This document shows positions 24,730 to 36,496 of a DNA stretch of 64,000 bases, piece by piece (within the stretch, counting starts at the first letter, position 1; every line of letters begins with the position of its first letter). Both the position numbers and the translations under genes were made by a program. The notes under the pieces were generated by a model that saw only the letters and a program-made list of their open reading frames with translations, was not told the origin of the DNA and did no database searches. Source of the DNA: Azolla caroliniana (Eukaryota > Plantae > Polypodiophyta); assembly GCA_043228905.1 (NCBI GenBank), contig JBHGNT010000008.1, forward strand, positions 16,926,001 to 16,990,000. The letters are read 5' to 3'.

Positions 24730-25625
24730 AGAAAACACATCTAGGTCAAAATTAAGGTAATGCGCTGACAGGGAAGGCTGAAGGTTTTTCTTCACAGAAA
24801 ACATGCTTATTCTTTTCCATTCCTTAGTTGGAAACAGTCTATAGATCAGAGTGTCATTGATTTTCTGACCGAAACAAGGCAAGAGTTTCTGTACAGGAAA
24901 CGTTGTAGTTACCTTTTTCACTCCTTGAAAACACTCCTAGATCAAAGGTGAAGATGATTTCTGACAAAAACACGGTTCTTCACGTTAGATCAATTGAAAA
25001 GACAAGGTTTTTCTCTGGCTCCATGTTCTTCTCTGCTAGATCAATATAGTTTGAAGGCATACGTTTTTCATGTGCAGGAAAGAAACCACACTTCTTCTCT
25101 GACAAGAAATTGCAAGTTTCTACCCTGAAAATCTGTCAATTAGAAGGTGATTGTCTGATAGAGAAGACGAGTTCCTTCTATGCTAGATCAACAGGAAAAG
25201 GCAAGTTTCTTTTGGTACTTTGGCAGAAGTAAATGTATTTTCTCTTTGGAAGAACAAAAGCGAAGGCAAGTTCTCTGACAGGAGGCATTCCTTCCCAATC
25301 AATTTTTCATAGAACCATTTACTTTTCTCTCCTCTCGAGTCAGCAGTAAATCTGAAGCTGATTCTCTGACAGAGAAGTCAGGTTATTCTCTGCTTGATCA
25401 ACAGAAGAAGTGGAGAATTTTTACACAATTAAACAAGTCTCCTCTCTTTTGAAACATCGAGATTTTCTGGAAGAGAATGCAAAACTTTTCTTCTCTGCTA
25501 GATCAGTATAGTAAAAAGACAAAGCTCTTCTCTGCGCGGTAAAGACGCAAGTTCATCTCTGGTAGATCAGCACAGAAAAAAAATTAAGTCCTTCTCTGGT
25601 ATATCAACAGAGAAGTCTAGGTTTT
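24730..25625 (+). repeat. Dispersed degenerate motif array (CTCTGCTAGATCAA-like)
   Basis: Recurrent CTCTG(C/G)TAGATCA(A/G) and TTCTCTGACA motifs up to the start codon region. Confidence 0.6.
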
Positions 25626-25656
25626 CTGTACAGAAAGAAAGAAAGAAAGAAAAATC

Positions 25657-27354
25657 ATGTCTATTTTCTTTGGTAGCAGTCGGCGTCGCAAGATCTTGTT
25701 TGCTACAGTTACCATCGCCGCCAGTGGCTATGTGTCGTATCGTCTGTACAACTCTTCTTCATTTGTTAAGAAACGCAAACAGTTGCTTCAGATCATGAGT
25801 ACAATGTCCTTTTTCAGTGGAGCCATAGCTGAAGGTGCTGAATCAATGTCCATGATCTCGAAAGACTTGAAAGACTTTCTATCTTGTGAGGAAGATACAG
25901 TTCCTCGAAGCTTAAGACAAGCTTTCAAGCTATGGCAATGTCAAGAGTTTCAAGAAACAGTCACAGTTCTCTCTGCGGCACTAACACGTGGCTTTTTGCG
26001 AGGAGCTAGATCAAAATCAAGGAGAGATGGACACCTGCAGAGTAGATGGAGGAATGATAATGACCGTGGTGGAGAATTTGTTAAGGTTGAGAAGGATTCC
26101 ATTTTTCCTACGAATGAAGATGTTGCTTGCAGAGAGATACGAGAGGTTTGCTTTACTGTGATAAACAACCAAGAAGGATCTAATAGATCCTTGGAAAATT
26201 ACTCCATGGAGCATGAGCTAGAATGCCCTGAGTGGTCATCAAATATAACGGAAGACATGCCTGATTATAAGGATAAAAGCTTAGGAAGGTTATACACCCT
26301 TGGATCTGGTTTTCAAGATCAAAGGCTGGGAAAGAATGGCATTAAAGAAAAGAAAGGTTTAGAAGAATTTCCAGATAGGTTTCTTTCGAAGTTATTCAGT
26401 GAGCATGGGATAGGGTTTGTCTCAGCTGTTGCTGGATCCATGGCAAGGAACTTTGTATTAGCTTTCTTTGATGGGTTTTCAAAGGAAATGTCACCATCGA
26501 AGGACCTTAGTTCAAATGGTCAGCATGAATCAACGGATAAAAAAGCTTCTGGATCCACATTTATTAATGTTATCAGCAATGAGAATTGCAAAGCTTTGAT
26601 TGCTGAATGCATACAAACCTTTGTTAGTACAGCTGTGACAATCTACATAGACAAAACAAAAGATGTGAACATTTATGAGGATATGGTAGCAGGGATTACG
26701 AATCCATCGCATAAAGATGAAATGAAAGATGTGCTGACGTCTGTTTGCAATGGTGCAATTGAGACACTTGTGAGGACATCATATAGTGCGATTGTTACAG
26801 AAAAGAATGGTAAGTGTGAACTGCCAGAGCAAGGGAAATGGAAAGTGGAAGAATACTCGCTGCCGTCATCTTCTGAACAACAATACTTGATATCTTCGAT
26901 ATCTTCGATGGAGACTAAACGAATGGATGAAGTTATAACTGAACACGAGAGCTCAAAAGGCCTTAGTAGTTGTATGGAATCAAGCAAAGAGCTGGTTGTA
27001 GACACCTGTAATACTGGGAGTTCTCATGGGATGCAATCATTTGTTGATGGAGTTACAAGGACTTTGGCCATCCCGAGCAATCAGAAGCTGATTTTGGATA
27101 TGGTTGGGAAGATAAGTTCAGAAGCAGTAAGATCGTTCTTTGAAGTTACTACAAATACCATTAGCTTCCATCTTCGATCACAAGCACAACTGGGTTGGAA
27201 TAAGGTTAAAAGCCATTTCTCAGATGATGGAGATCTCCCACTGCAAATAAGAAGAAGATCCAACGATCTTTCTGCCAAAGCGTTCATTATGGTTAGCATT
27301 TGTTTGGTCATTTGCTTGCATATCCTCACTGCTCTTCTTCACATGTCAGCCTAA
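25657..27354 (+). CDS. PP2-A10: PHLOEM PROTEIN 2-LIKE A10 family protein, 565 aa, intronless ORF
   Basis: SRRRK..SGYVSYRLYN..KKRK, ISKDLKDFL..VPRSLRQ, KLFSEHGIGFVSAVAGSMARNFVLAF, CIQTFVSTAVTIYIDKT, SVCNGAIETLVRTS, TLAIPSNQKLILD, C-terminal hydrophobic ICLVICLHIL; recognised from recall of Arabidopsis PP2-A10. Confidence 0.88.
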   Translation: MSIFFGSSRRRKILFATVTIAASGYVSYRLYNSSSFVKKRKQLLQIMSTMSFFSGAIAEGAESMSMISKDLKDFLSCEEDTVPRSLRQAFKLWQCQEFQETVTVLSAALTRGFLRGARSKSRRDGHLQSRWRNDNDRGGEFVKVEKDSIFPTNEDVACREIREVCFTVINNQEGSNRSLENYSMEHELECPEWSSNITEDMPDYKDKSLGRLYTLGSGFQDQRLGKNGIKEKKGLEEFPDRFLSKLFSEHGIGFVSAVAGSMARNFVLAFFDGFSKEMSPSKDLSSNGQHESTDKKASGSTFINVISNENCKALIAECIQTFVSTAVTIYIDKTKDVNIYEDMVAGITNPSHKDEMKDVLTSVCNGAIETLVRTSYSAIVTEKNGKCELPEQGKWKVEEYSLPSSSEQQYLISSISSMETKRMDEVITEHESSKGLSSCMESSKELVVDTCNTGSSHGMQSFVDGVTRTLAIPSNQKLILDMVGKISSEAVRSFFEVTTNTISFHLRSQAQLGWNKVKSHFSDDGDLPLQIRRRSNDLSAKAFIMVSICLVICLHILTALLHMSA

Positions 27355-28126
27355 TAATGTATAGAAACCATTGTGTCCCTGACCTAATAAAGGTCATGGT
27401 GAAGGGAGGAAAGTGTTATAAAATTGTATGTTATGAATGGTTGATATTAGCATAAATTGTATTGCATATATTTTCTACAATCATTTGAATGTTTTCAATG
27501 CCTTTAGGGTTGCTAGGATTGGAATAAGCATTTCGTATCAATGAAAATGTAACAAAAGGTTTTCTATGAGCTTCCATAGTAATCTAGCATCAAGTCTACT
27601 ACTATACAGAACATAAGCACATGATAATTGAGAATGTGCAGGCTTTCCTTACTTTTGCTGCCACTGAGAATGTTATAATGAAATTGAATCTAAGAACGTG
27701 TGAATCACATGAGAGGGTGGCTAGAATTGGCCACCTCAACAATAGAAATAACTTTCCACTTCAATTGTTATATCACCTCAACATCATATGATTTAGAAAA
27801 CACCATCAATAATACCCCTCAATATAATCACATAGAAATAACCATTAATTACAACTGTTTAACCAATTGGTAAGACACAATGTGGCATTCTGTGTCTTTT
27901 GTCTAGAATCAAATGGAAGGGCATGGAATTACATCAACAAGCAAATTGCATGGCATAGTGAGGGCACAAACAAATGAAATCGTGAAATGCATTTTATTGT
28001 CGGATGATTAGATGAGTTACATAAAGGTGATGAGATTTCAAAAGTGCAAATGGGGAGCTGATAATGATGGTGAATAGCAATTGCAAATCATGCAGAAGGA
28101 ATATGAATGATGGATTGGGTCATGGC

Positions 28127-28336
28127 TCAAAGGAGATTGAAGAGAAATGAAGAGATGAGCAAGATGAAGGGTGAGGAGATGCCAACGAGGAAGGTAGATG
28201 GGGCATTAGAGACGGGTGTTGGCTCTGGAGAATGAGAAGTTGAATTGTGATCTACACCATTGTGGGCAATAGAAACATTGGCCATCATCGCCACCGTCAC
28301 CATCAACACCACCATAACAACGGACGATCTCTTCAT
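28127..28336 (-). CDS. Small secreted, probably GPI-anchored arabinogalactan-peptide-like protein (69 aa)
   Basis: Hydrophobic signal peptide ending VSIA, short His/Ser/Pro-rich mature part HNGVDHNSTSHSPEPTPVS, hydrophobic C-terminal tail; TATA box upstream. Confidence 0.78.
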   Translation of the reverse strand: MKRSSVVMVVLMVTVAMMANVSIAHNGVDHNSTSHSPEPTPVSNAPSTFLVGISSPFILLISSFLFNLL

Positions 28337-28480
28337 TTTGCCTTGTAATAGTCTCTACTTCTCACCTCTTTTTTTGTTAAGAAATAGTGACAACAACAAA
28401 GAGAAATGGCGTACACTTCAAAATAGTGTTAGCTATGTACCTTTGATTTTGTTTCCTCAAAATAACAACCTTTTGGTTTC

Positions 28481-28488
28481 TTTTATAT
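28481..28488 (-). promoter_or_regulatory. Putative TATA box of the AG-peptide-like gene
   Basis: ATATAAAA on the minus strand ~145 bp upstream of the ATG. Confidence 0.5.
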
Positions 28489-31352
28489 GGGGGATGCATG
28501 AGTTGACTTTGAGTGCATGTGTTGTACTTCCACCATGTACTAACTTTTTGAGTAGCCAACCAAACAAACATGTAGAGACAAGGACAACCAAATAATAATA
28601 AAACGTATCAACATGTTCTCACCTTCTTGAATATTTAACGAACCAACTCCAATGCCTCAATAAGCTTTTGAGTAATCCTACAGTTTGATCTTCAAACTTC
28701 GGCACTTTTGTGTTCAACCTAATCGCCTTTTGACTTTTGAAATATAGAGGCCATCCACCGTCTCATTTGAATGTGTCATGGTAGACCTATTGGGGATGAG
28801 ATCAAAGATTTTAGTGTCGTTTGGGTTTCACATTGTACAAGTTTCTCTTTTTCAACCTCTTGATTAGGAGAACCTTTTATTTGGAGAGATCAAAATGGTG
28901 AAAGTTGAAGTCACTAGATAATTTCGTCAAGGATGAATTACTCATCACCCCTGATACACTCAACATGCTAAAAGACCAATAAAACCCATGGACATAGCAA
29001 CAATTTATTTGGGAAGGCTGCATGTAAAGAAGCTTCATGAACCCACTCTTCACTATTCACATATTTGATTCATTCATTTCACCTTTAAGCAATTACAATG
29101 CCATGTTCGTTTGTATCTACACTCCTTGATGTCAACAACCCCACCTATCACCTATAGGAGAATCATACTTCAACCCGTAAGTAACATTATGTTAGATTGT
29201 GCATATGTTCCTTGATCATGTAAAACTATAAACCTAAGTAGCATTATGTTAGATACCAATTGCCCCTTTTGGAAGTGCTTTCCTCCTTGAAAACAAATGT
29301 GGTTAACTACTTATGAAGGTCACCCACATTCTTCCATGTGGATGCTTCGGTAGGAAAACCTCATTTTATCAAAATTTGTTGTTGAATGACTCTGCTCTCT
29401 CAAGAGAGTAAGCTTTTGATACCAATTTCTTTCAATTTAGTTGATAACCCATATTGTGAATATGCATTCCTCATAAATAAATGTGCCAATCATTGTTATT
29501 CATAAATGCCACATGGCCACCTTGGTTAATATCATTACAGAAATATGTCCACTATTACCCAAATGTCATCATTACCATCCCATGTCATCAACAAACAAGT
29601 AGGAAATTATGTAGAGATAGTGTCCTAGTTGTCACCCAAGATGTATCTTCCCGCTTAAAGGTGTTCACTCATGGCCACAAAACACCCGTAGTCCCAATAT
29701 TCCTTTTACGAGAGAAGTGAATGACATTCCCAAAGCTACAATGTTAGAACAATTATCTTAATAACAAGCAACCTTGAGAATGAGTTCCAACTTTTACTAT
29801 ATATATATATATCTGAGGCAGGAGCCCCAGGAGCCCGAGTCACCTAAGGCAGGAGCCCGATTCTGATCCATATATATATATACTGTGGTGTGGGAAGAGA
29901 ATTTTGAAATTTCATTTCTGTGGCAGGTGAGGGCGGGAAACAGAGAACACGATTGTGCAAATTGAAACCCTAACAGTCGGTTTAGGATTTTAGGATTTAG
30001 GTTGTTGCTAATGCTTCTCTCAGAGGTATTTCTCTTGTTCTTTCGTTTTCCTCCTTCCCTTCATTCATATTTTTTTTCTGGTTCAAGTAGAAGTTGTTGG
30101 ATGCACATAGATACACATTACATGCATGCATCATCATATATGAAGTGGGGCGGGATCTCATTGTAATCCTCTCTTCGTAATCTTTCCTTCATTTTCTTTC
30201 TTCTTCCTTTCAGCTTTGGTATCCATTATGATTCCTCCTCTTTATTTCTGCATTTCTCCATGAAAATTTGCTCTCCTGCTTTCTAGGTTAAAAAGTGTGC
30301 CTTCCAAATGTATCACAATCCCGGAGGTGTAAATACATACATACATTGTATATCTTTTGAATAAATGTATGATTCTAAGGATGCAAGATTCAGTTTGTAG
30401 TAAAAAATGATCTTCTTGGTTTTTCAGCAACAACATTCTTTGATTATTCACTTCATATAGGCTCAAATGGAACTTTGTGAATGCAGATTTTTTGGAAATT
30501 TTTGGCAAGGAATCAAAAACACCAAGTTTTGCAAGCAAGGATCAAATAATCATTTGCAAGTTGGACAATGTGGAGACGATGACCTGAATAGTTTAAGGTG
30601 TGAACAATACACATATAGAAGTTAATCCTATTAGTAACTTGAGCCTCACAAAGTTATTGATGCTTCACAAAGGTGGGAACATGATTGAAGAGAATGGCAA
30701 GGTAATAATGTTTATTGAAAGAACACGCGGTATAATATAGTGTAATTTACTTTTTATTTCTTGTATTTTAATCAGTATTGTAATAAGTAACCCCAAGCTA
30801 TCACTTATGAACATTGAGTGTTGTCCTAGGACTCAGGAGGTAGCATTTGGAAGCACCCACATTTTTGCACTTCTATATTTGGAAAAGCACCTGTAAGTTT
30901 TGAAAATAAAGTACTAACAAGAAAGAAAATTTTCAAGTCATATACAGGCACACACTTGTGTATGGTCTGTATAAATATTTAAATATAAACAAACAAACAA
31001 ACAATATATAGGTCATGTTAGGTTATCCTGGTGATGATTCTTATCTACATGTTACACAGGTCAAGTTTTTTCATCCTCTACATATACCATTCTTCTTTCA
31101 CTTTTCCTTTTGACATATGCATGCTCAAAGAAGGTCACCTTAATTTGCGACTGTGGACAATGGTATTTCCTGTGTGCACATATTAACGTCAATTAGGAGT
31201 TATTGTTTAAGGTTAGATTCAGTTGGTCTAACATATTCTAGATAGTTGTGGTTTAGATACTAGACCTAGGTTTTAGGGATATCTGATATATTAGGGTTGG
31301 AAAACTTGAAGGGAGGTTGAATGAAGTATTGTGAGATGATGCAAATCGATGG

Positions 31353-31806
31353 TGTTACGGGCATGACCATATAATATCCCGTGGTGAGAATGTACCATAG
31401 TATTCTATACACGTGGATAAAGTGCGAGGGTTAAACGAGAGTGTAAAGAAGGGGAGGATTACTTTTAATCCTCGGGATTGAGACAACCCATTAGGCCAAG
31501 TGTGAACTTGCCTGGGGGCCTTGGGTCTGGCTATAAATATGAGGCCTAACTACCCTCATTTCATCATCTCTTGACTATGTCGAGACACCGTTCTTGTGGT
31601 GGGTCAACTCTTGTAGTGAGCGCGCTAGCACCAGGTACGACTCGACGCCACGGGGGTGTATGGGATGTTGATCGAGGCTTGAGTCCATCTCGATCCCTTC
31701 GCTCAGGGGTGGTTAGGTGGATCAACACCCTTCTTTCTCTCTCTTGTCTTATTTATTTATCAATTAAATCCTTATCATATGCTTACATTAGTAGCTAGCT
31801 CTAACA
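31353..31806 (+). repeat. Probable solo LTR of the 32177-36423 family
   Basis: TGTTACGGGCATGACC...CTAACA; similar to 36423-35982; flanks GATGG/TATGG (4 of 5 match). Confidence 0.8.
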
Positions 31807-32550
31807 TATGGTGTCGAGGGGGAATATGGAAATCTTCTACTAATGCTAGCAGAGGTGGTTGATTCCTTATCAAGGACCTCGTAGTTGAAAGCTATCACAA
31901 GCTTTGCTCCATACTGAGATCATCAAAGTTTCAGTCGGGGATCACAGTATTTGACACATGGACATGGTAACAGAACAAATACTAGTAGAAGTTCATGACG
32001 ATATCAGCCATATTAGTTGCGAACTTCCATGGTAGTAGCTTATAATGGGTATATTGAACACAATAGCCTCTTTTACCTTGGATTCATTGTTTTCAATCAC
32101 GTCAATATTGCTCTGGTGGTGGAATGAATATAGTTCCAGTATTTCTACTGTGTAGTAATATATTGATATTGGTACTTATTATAGATCTAGGTACTAAAGT
32201 AAGCTTAAGATAAGGATAAAGAAATGAAAGATAGAAAGGAGAAAGAGAAAGAAGGGTGCCGATCCACCCGACCACCCTCGAGCGAAGGGATCGAGACGGA
32301 CTTGAGCCTCGATCGGCGTCCCATACCACCGCCGTGGCGTCGAGTCGTACCTGGTGCTGGCGCGCTCGCTACAAGAGTTGACCCACCACACGAGCAGAGT
32401 CTCGATGTAGTCAAAAGATGATCAAATGAGGGTAGCTAGGCCTCTTATTTATAGCGATACCCAAGGCCCCTAGGCAAGTTCACACTTGACCTAATGGGTT
32501 GTCTCAATCCCGAGGATTAAAAGTAATCCTCCCCTTCTTTACACTCTCGT

Positions 32551-34292
32551 TTAACCCCATGGAGATTTACTATAATGTATATAACCCATTCGTAAATAGT
32601 CCTTGAGTTGCTTAGATACCTCATCTTCTTCGGATCGACTTAAGCGATACGGAGGTATACTTATTGGTGCAACACCAGGTACAATATCTATACGATGGTC
32701 TATATTACGTTTAGGAGGTAACCCATCAGGTAGTTCACTTGGAAAAACATCATGAAAATCATTTAAGATTTCATCAAGTTGTTGTTGTTCAAAATATGTT
32801 AATTGAATCGGGACATTATCGATATTGTAAACGTGAATGTCCGGATCAAGTACACAATAAAATAACGTAGAACAAGACAACTCGGATATTGATGGACACG
32901 AGGAAACAATCGAGAGGGATTGTTTTTTTACACATTGAATAAAATGCGTACAATCGTTCAGTACAAAAGAAATGGAATGACGAACCCAATCAATCAATAA
33001 AGAAGAGTTTTTATTATAAAACCAGGGATAACCCATTATTACATCGGTGGTACAAAGATTCATTACATGGAAGTCTACTTCCTCTATATAAGTATCAATA
33101 GAAATTCCTAATGAATGAATCGCCCCGTTGATGTATTGTACTCTTCCATCAACCAAGTGCACCGTGTAGGTGTGATCACTTACAGTGGGTTGGATTCCCC
33201 ATATCTGAACCAAACGAATCAAATAAAAATTGTACGGGAGATCCATTGATATACCCGTTTGCACGTAGTAAATCATTGGGACCCAATACATAGTGAGGGA
33301 AAGAACATTGACAATTACTTAAATGATGTGTATAGACCTGAAGGACATTAGGAATCTGACTTATGGTCTGCAGCTTTAGCTTTGTTGTTGTGCTCTTTCC
33401 GTTGGAGCTTTCGACATTGATATTTTGTATGACCCTTCTTTTTGCAGAATACACAAAAAGGATGTTGTCGCTTACAATCGCGATCCAGGAATTCGTTGGG
33501 TGTCTTGCGTTTCCCAACAAATTGCGATTGCTTAGTCCCGGGCGCTTCGTTGGGTTTGTTATGGTCCTTCTTCGAAGTGCGTTGATAGCGAAGAACTATT
33601 TCAACGGCCTCTTCGAAGGATTTTGGATCCTTATCGTGCACTATCCAGTGATAGTCCAAATTGGGGATGCCATTGACAAAACAAGCTATCAACCAATTGT
33701 CCCCTTCTAGACCCGATTTTTGGATTTGGGTTCTAGCATGGTGAACATAGTATTCTAGCGAGGAAAATTTCCTGCTAGAGAGGTTCATTAAAGCTTGTGC
33801 TGCCTCGGGTCGAGAGGGAGGTTGCAGAAATTGGCCCTTAAAAACCGTGACAAAATCTGTCCAGGTATCGGGCAATTTCCCCATAGTACGGAGGCCACGC
33901 CACCAGGCGGCGGCCTTACCCCCGAGTTCTCGGTCGACATATGCAATCTTCGTACTATCTGGCGTGGGATAGAGCTCAAAATGAGACTCCCATCGTCCCA
34001 GCCATGTGCAGATTGCTTCTTCGGTTCTTTCCTTTCTGTCTCCCGTAAATGGCTTAACGACAAATGATGGTTCACCTTGTCGCTCATCAGGTGTATTAGT
34101 CTCACGTTGTAAACTAATGACACGTGCCTCAAGAGCACTCTAAGATTGCCGAAGTTCGGTCATCTGTTGAGCGGTGAAACTAAGGTATTGGGTTATTTGT
34201 GCCAAATACATCTCAGTGGACATTTGTCCAGGAGGATTCCCTTGAGTTCCTTCCGCTTGAGCGGATGACATCGGGTCGTTAATTTGAGCCAT
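32551..34292 (-). pseudogene. Gypsy gag-protease-RT-start pseudogene
   Basis: Knuckle CVFCKKKGHTKYQC; protease NGYINGSPVQFLFDS and DVIMGYPW; DVFPSELPDGLPPKRNIDHRIDI...PYRLS...SKSPWG. Confidence 0.88.
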
Positions 34293-35481
34293 TAAAAATT
34301 ATTTCTGGAAAAGAAATAGGATAAGGTCAGAGATATAGTCATAACATCATGTCGTGATGTAAACATATCATGGGCGAGCATTAATCGATATCATTATCTC
34401 ACGTCAATACCCCTCTAGACGTATGAGATGAGGTTCAAGATCAGGTTACTATGGTAACACAAAGGTGTTTTAAAAACCATGGGGGTGACAAATAAATGTC
34501 TTTCCCTGATCTCTATATCGATTTTTTCATGGTGGCTCCCCGAGGCTCAACCATGTATGTTCGCGTCATGATTAGTTTATACACGAAAAAAAATGTTAAC
34601 AATAAACTATGTTTCGGTGCCCACATAAGTGGTTTCGGCTCTTTAAGTCCTATTACGAGGACCCCGAGGTGCACTTAGACCTTAAGTCTAAACATGTGTT
34701 ATAGTCATATGTATCAAGGATGTTGTATGGTCTTGGTCATATTTGAACTCGAGACCTCGAGAACAAATACATTAAACACTTGAGCCAACCAAGTAAGTTG
34801 CTCTTCTCGAATGCTTAATGTTTGATGCGTATAAGAGATATGCAAGGCAATTGATCATATATGTTTTTTTAAAAGAACATATATGTCAAGGGTCCTTATT
34901 TCGCCCTCATTTACCAAAACTATGTTGGTACGTTACCTAACCTCAAGTCTCGTAATTACGATGGCATACACCAAAGTGCAACCTAATGGTCAAGCCAAAT
35001 GAGCCCTTGTTTCGTAGTAGGCTCACGTGGGTCATCACATGGTCACGTCATTACGAATGCCTCTCGTAAGAACGAGCTCATGGTGGCATCGTATCCATGT
35101 AACGAGGGAGGGATGTTGGATACGTGCGTCATTGGAGCGACCTCACTTGAAGTGGGTCAAGCCCTACGTACTCAACATCATTTTGGCTATTGGCGTTTCT
35201 TTACGTAACGAAATCGAGGTCGTCAATGGGGTTATCAACAATAAAAAAATGTTGAAAAAGGGATGGTGACAACGCCATTCTCACAAAAATGTGAGGACGG
35301 CCACCAACATCCTTTTCCCGACCATGACAACTTTCGATATAATCACGTAATAACGAATATACACATATGTTTACTTATCACATATATACGATCAAATACG
35401 TATATATGTGACCACATATGCCTATATTAAACATATCGTTATAGTAAATAGCCACAAATGATGTGATCGAGATAAGTAATC

Positions 35482-35735
35482 GAGGTATATACCTCTACGC
35501 ACACGAAACATCCACAAATAAGAGATCATCGTAATACGCAATGGAGGTATTGACCTCTTACGCATACGAGACCAAACGCATATCGTTTACAACAAAACAA
35601 GGTATTAAACTCATACGCAAACGTAACATATGTTCGTGAACGTAATACGTAATTGAGGTATTAACCTCGTACGCATACAACACTCATCACATATTATTAA
35701 TATGTCAAACGAGGTATTGACCTCGTGCACATATG
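35482..35735. repeat. Array of five GAGGT-N4-ACCTC hairpin motifs at 55-62 bp spacing
   Basis: Motif starts at 35482, 35544, 35599, 35655 and 35711, each followed by TACGCA-like bases; intervening sequence is divergent. Confidence 0.85.
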
Positions 35736-36496
35736 TAAACGTTTTAGATAATCAATTAAAGACCACTACAACATCATTGACTTAATGAAAAAAATTACAT
35801 ATAAACTAAACACATGATTAGATGGGAGAAGAGAGAATAGAAAGAAAAATTATGGAAAGAGTTACCGAAGTTCTTTGTTGATCGTTGTCTGGATCAAGGC
35901 CAACCGCACAACGATCGATCATCATCAATCAAAAGACAAATGAAAAACAAAGAAACATTAGTACAAAAATCTGATACCAAATATTATAGATCTAGGTACT
36001 AAAGTAAGCTTAAGATAAGGATAAAGAAATGAAAGATAGAAAGGAGAAAGAGAAAGAAGGGTGCCGATCCACCCGACCACCCCCGAGCGAAGGGATCGAG
36101 ACGGACTCGAGCCTCGATCGGCGTCCCATACCACCGCCGTGGCGTCAAGTCGTACCTGGTGCTGGCGCGCTCGCTACAAGAGTTGACCCACCACACGAGC
36201 AGAGTCTCGATGTAGTCAAAAGATGATCAAATGAGGGTAGCTAGGCCTCTTATTTATAGCGATACCCAAGGCCCCCAGGCAAGTTCACACTTGACCTAAT
36301 GGGTTGTCTCAATCCCGAGGATTAAAAGTAATCCTCCCCTTCTTTACACTCTCGTTTAACCCTCACACTTATCCACTATGGTAAATTCTTACCACGGGAT
36401 ATTATATGGTCATGCTCGTAACAGTACTCTTTAGTAGTTGTTTGCTATGTCTATTTAACCTTGGAAATTCCAAGTGGTGTCCATTGCTTCCTGCAA

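Larger units (their letters stand above)
32177..36423 (-). mobile_element. Internally deleted Ty3/gypsy element with TSD
   Basis: 5' LTR 36423-35982, PBS TGGTATCAG at 35979-35971, ~1.7-kb leader, gag/protease, deletion from the RT start into the 3' LTR (32557-32177); TSD GTACT at 32172-32176 and 36424-36428. Confidence 0.92.

Noticed and set aside
28560-29780. Old minus-strand LTR element remnant (PBS-like TGGTATCAAAAGC near 29420)
   Set aside because: Too degraded to define termini or domains.
29900-30710. Protein-coding gene with several exons
   Set aside because: Splice-like sites and a telo-box are present, but no coherent ORF or recognisable protein could be assembled.
33340-33360. Programmed +1 frameshift at TCC TAA between gag and protease
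   Set aside because: The copy has other indels, including one at the protease active site, so the offset cannot be told apart from decay.
35482-35735. CRISPR array
   Set aside because: Plant TE context, no cas genes, degenerate repeats, and spacers partly related to each other; kept only as a hairpin array.
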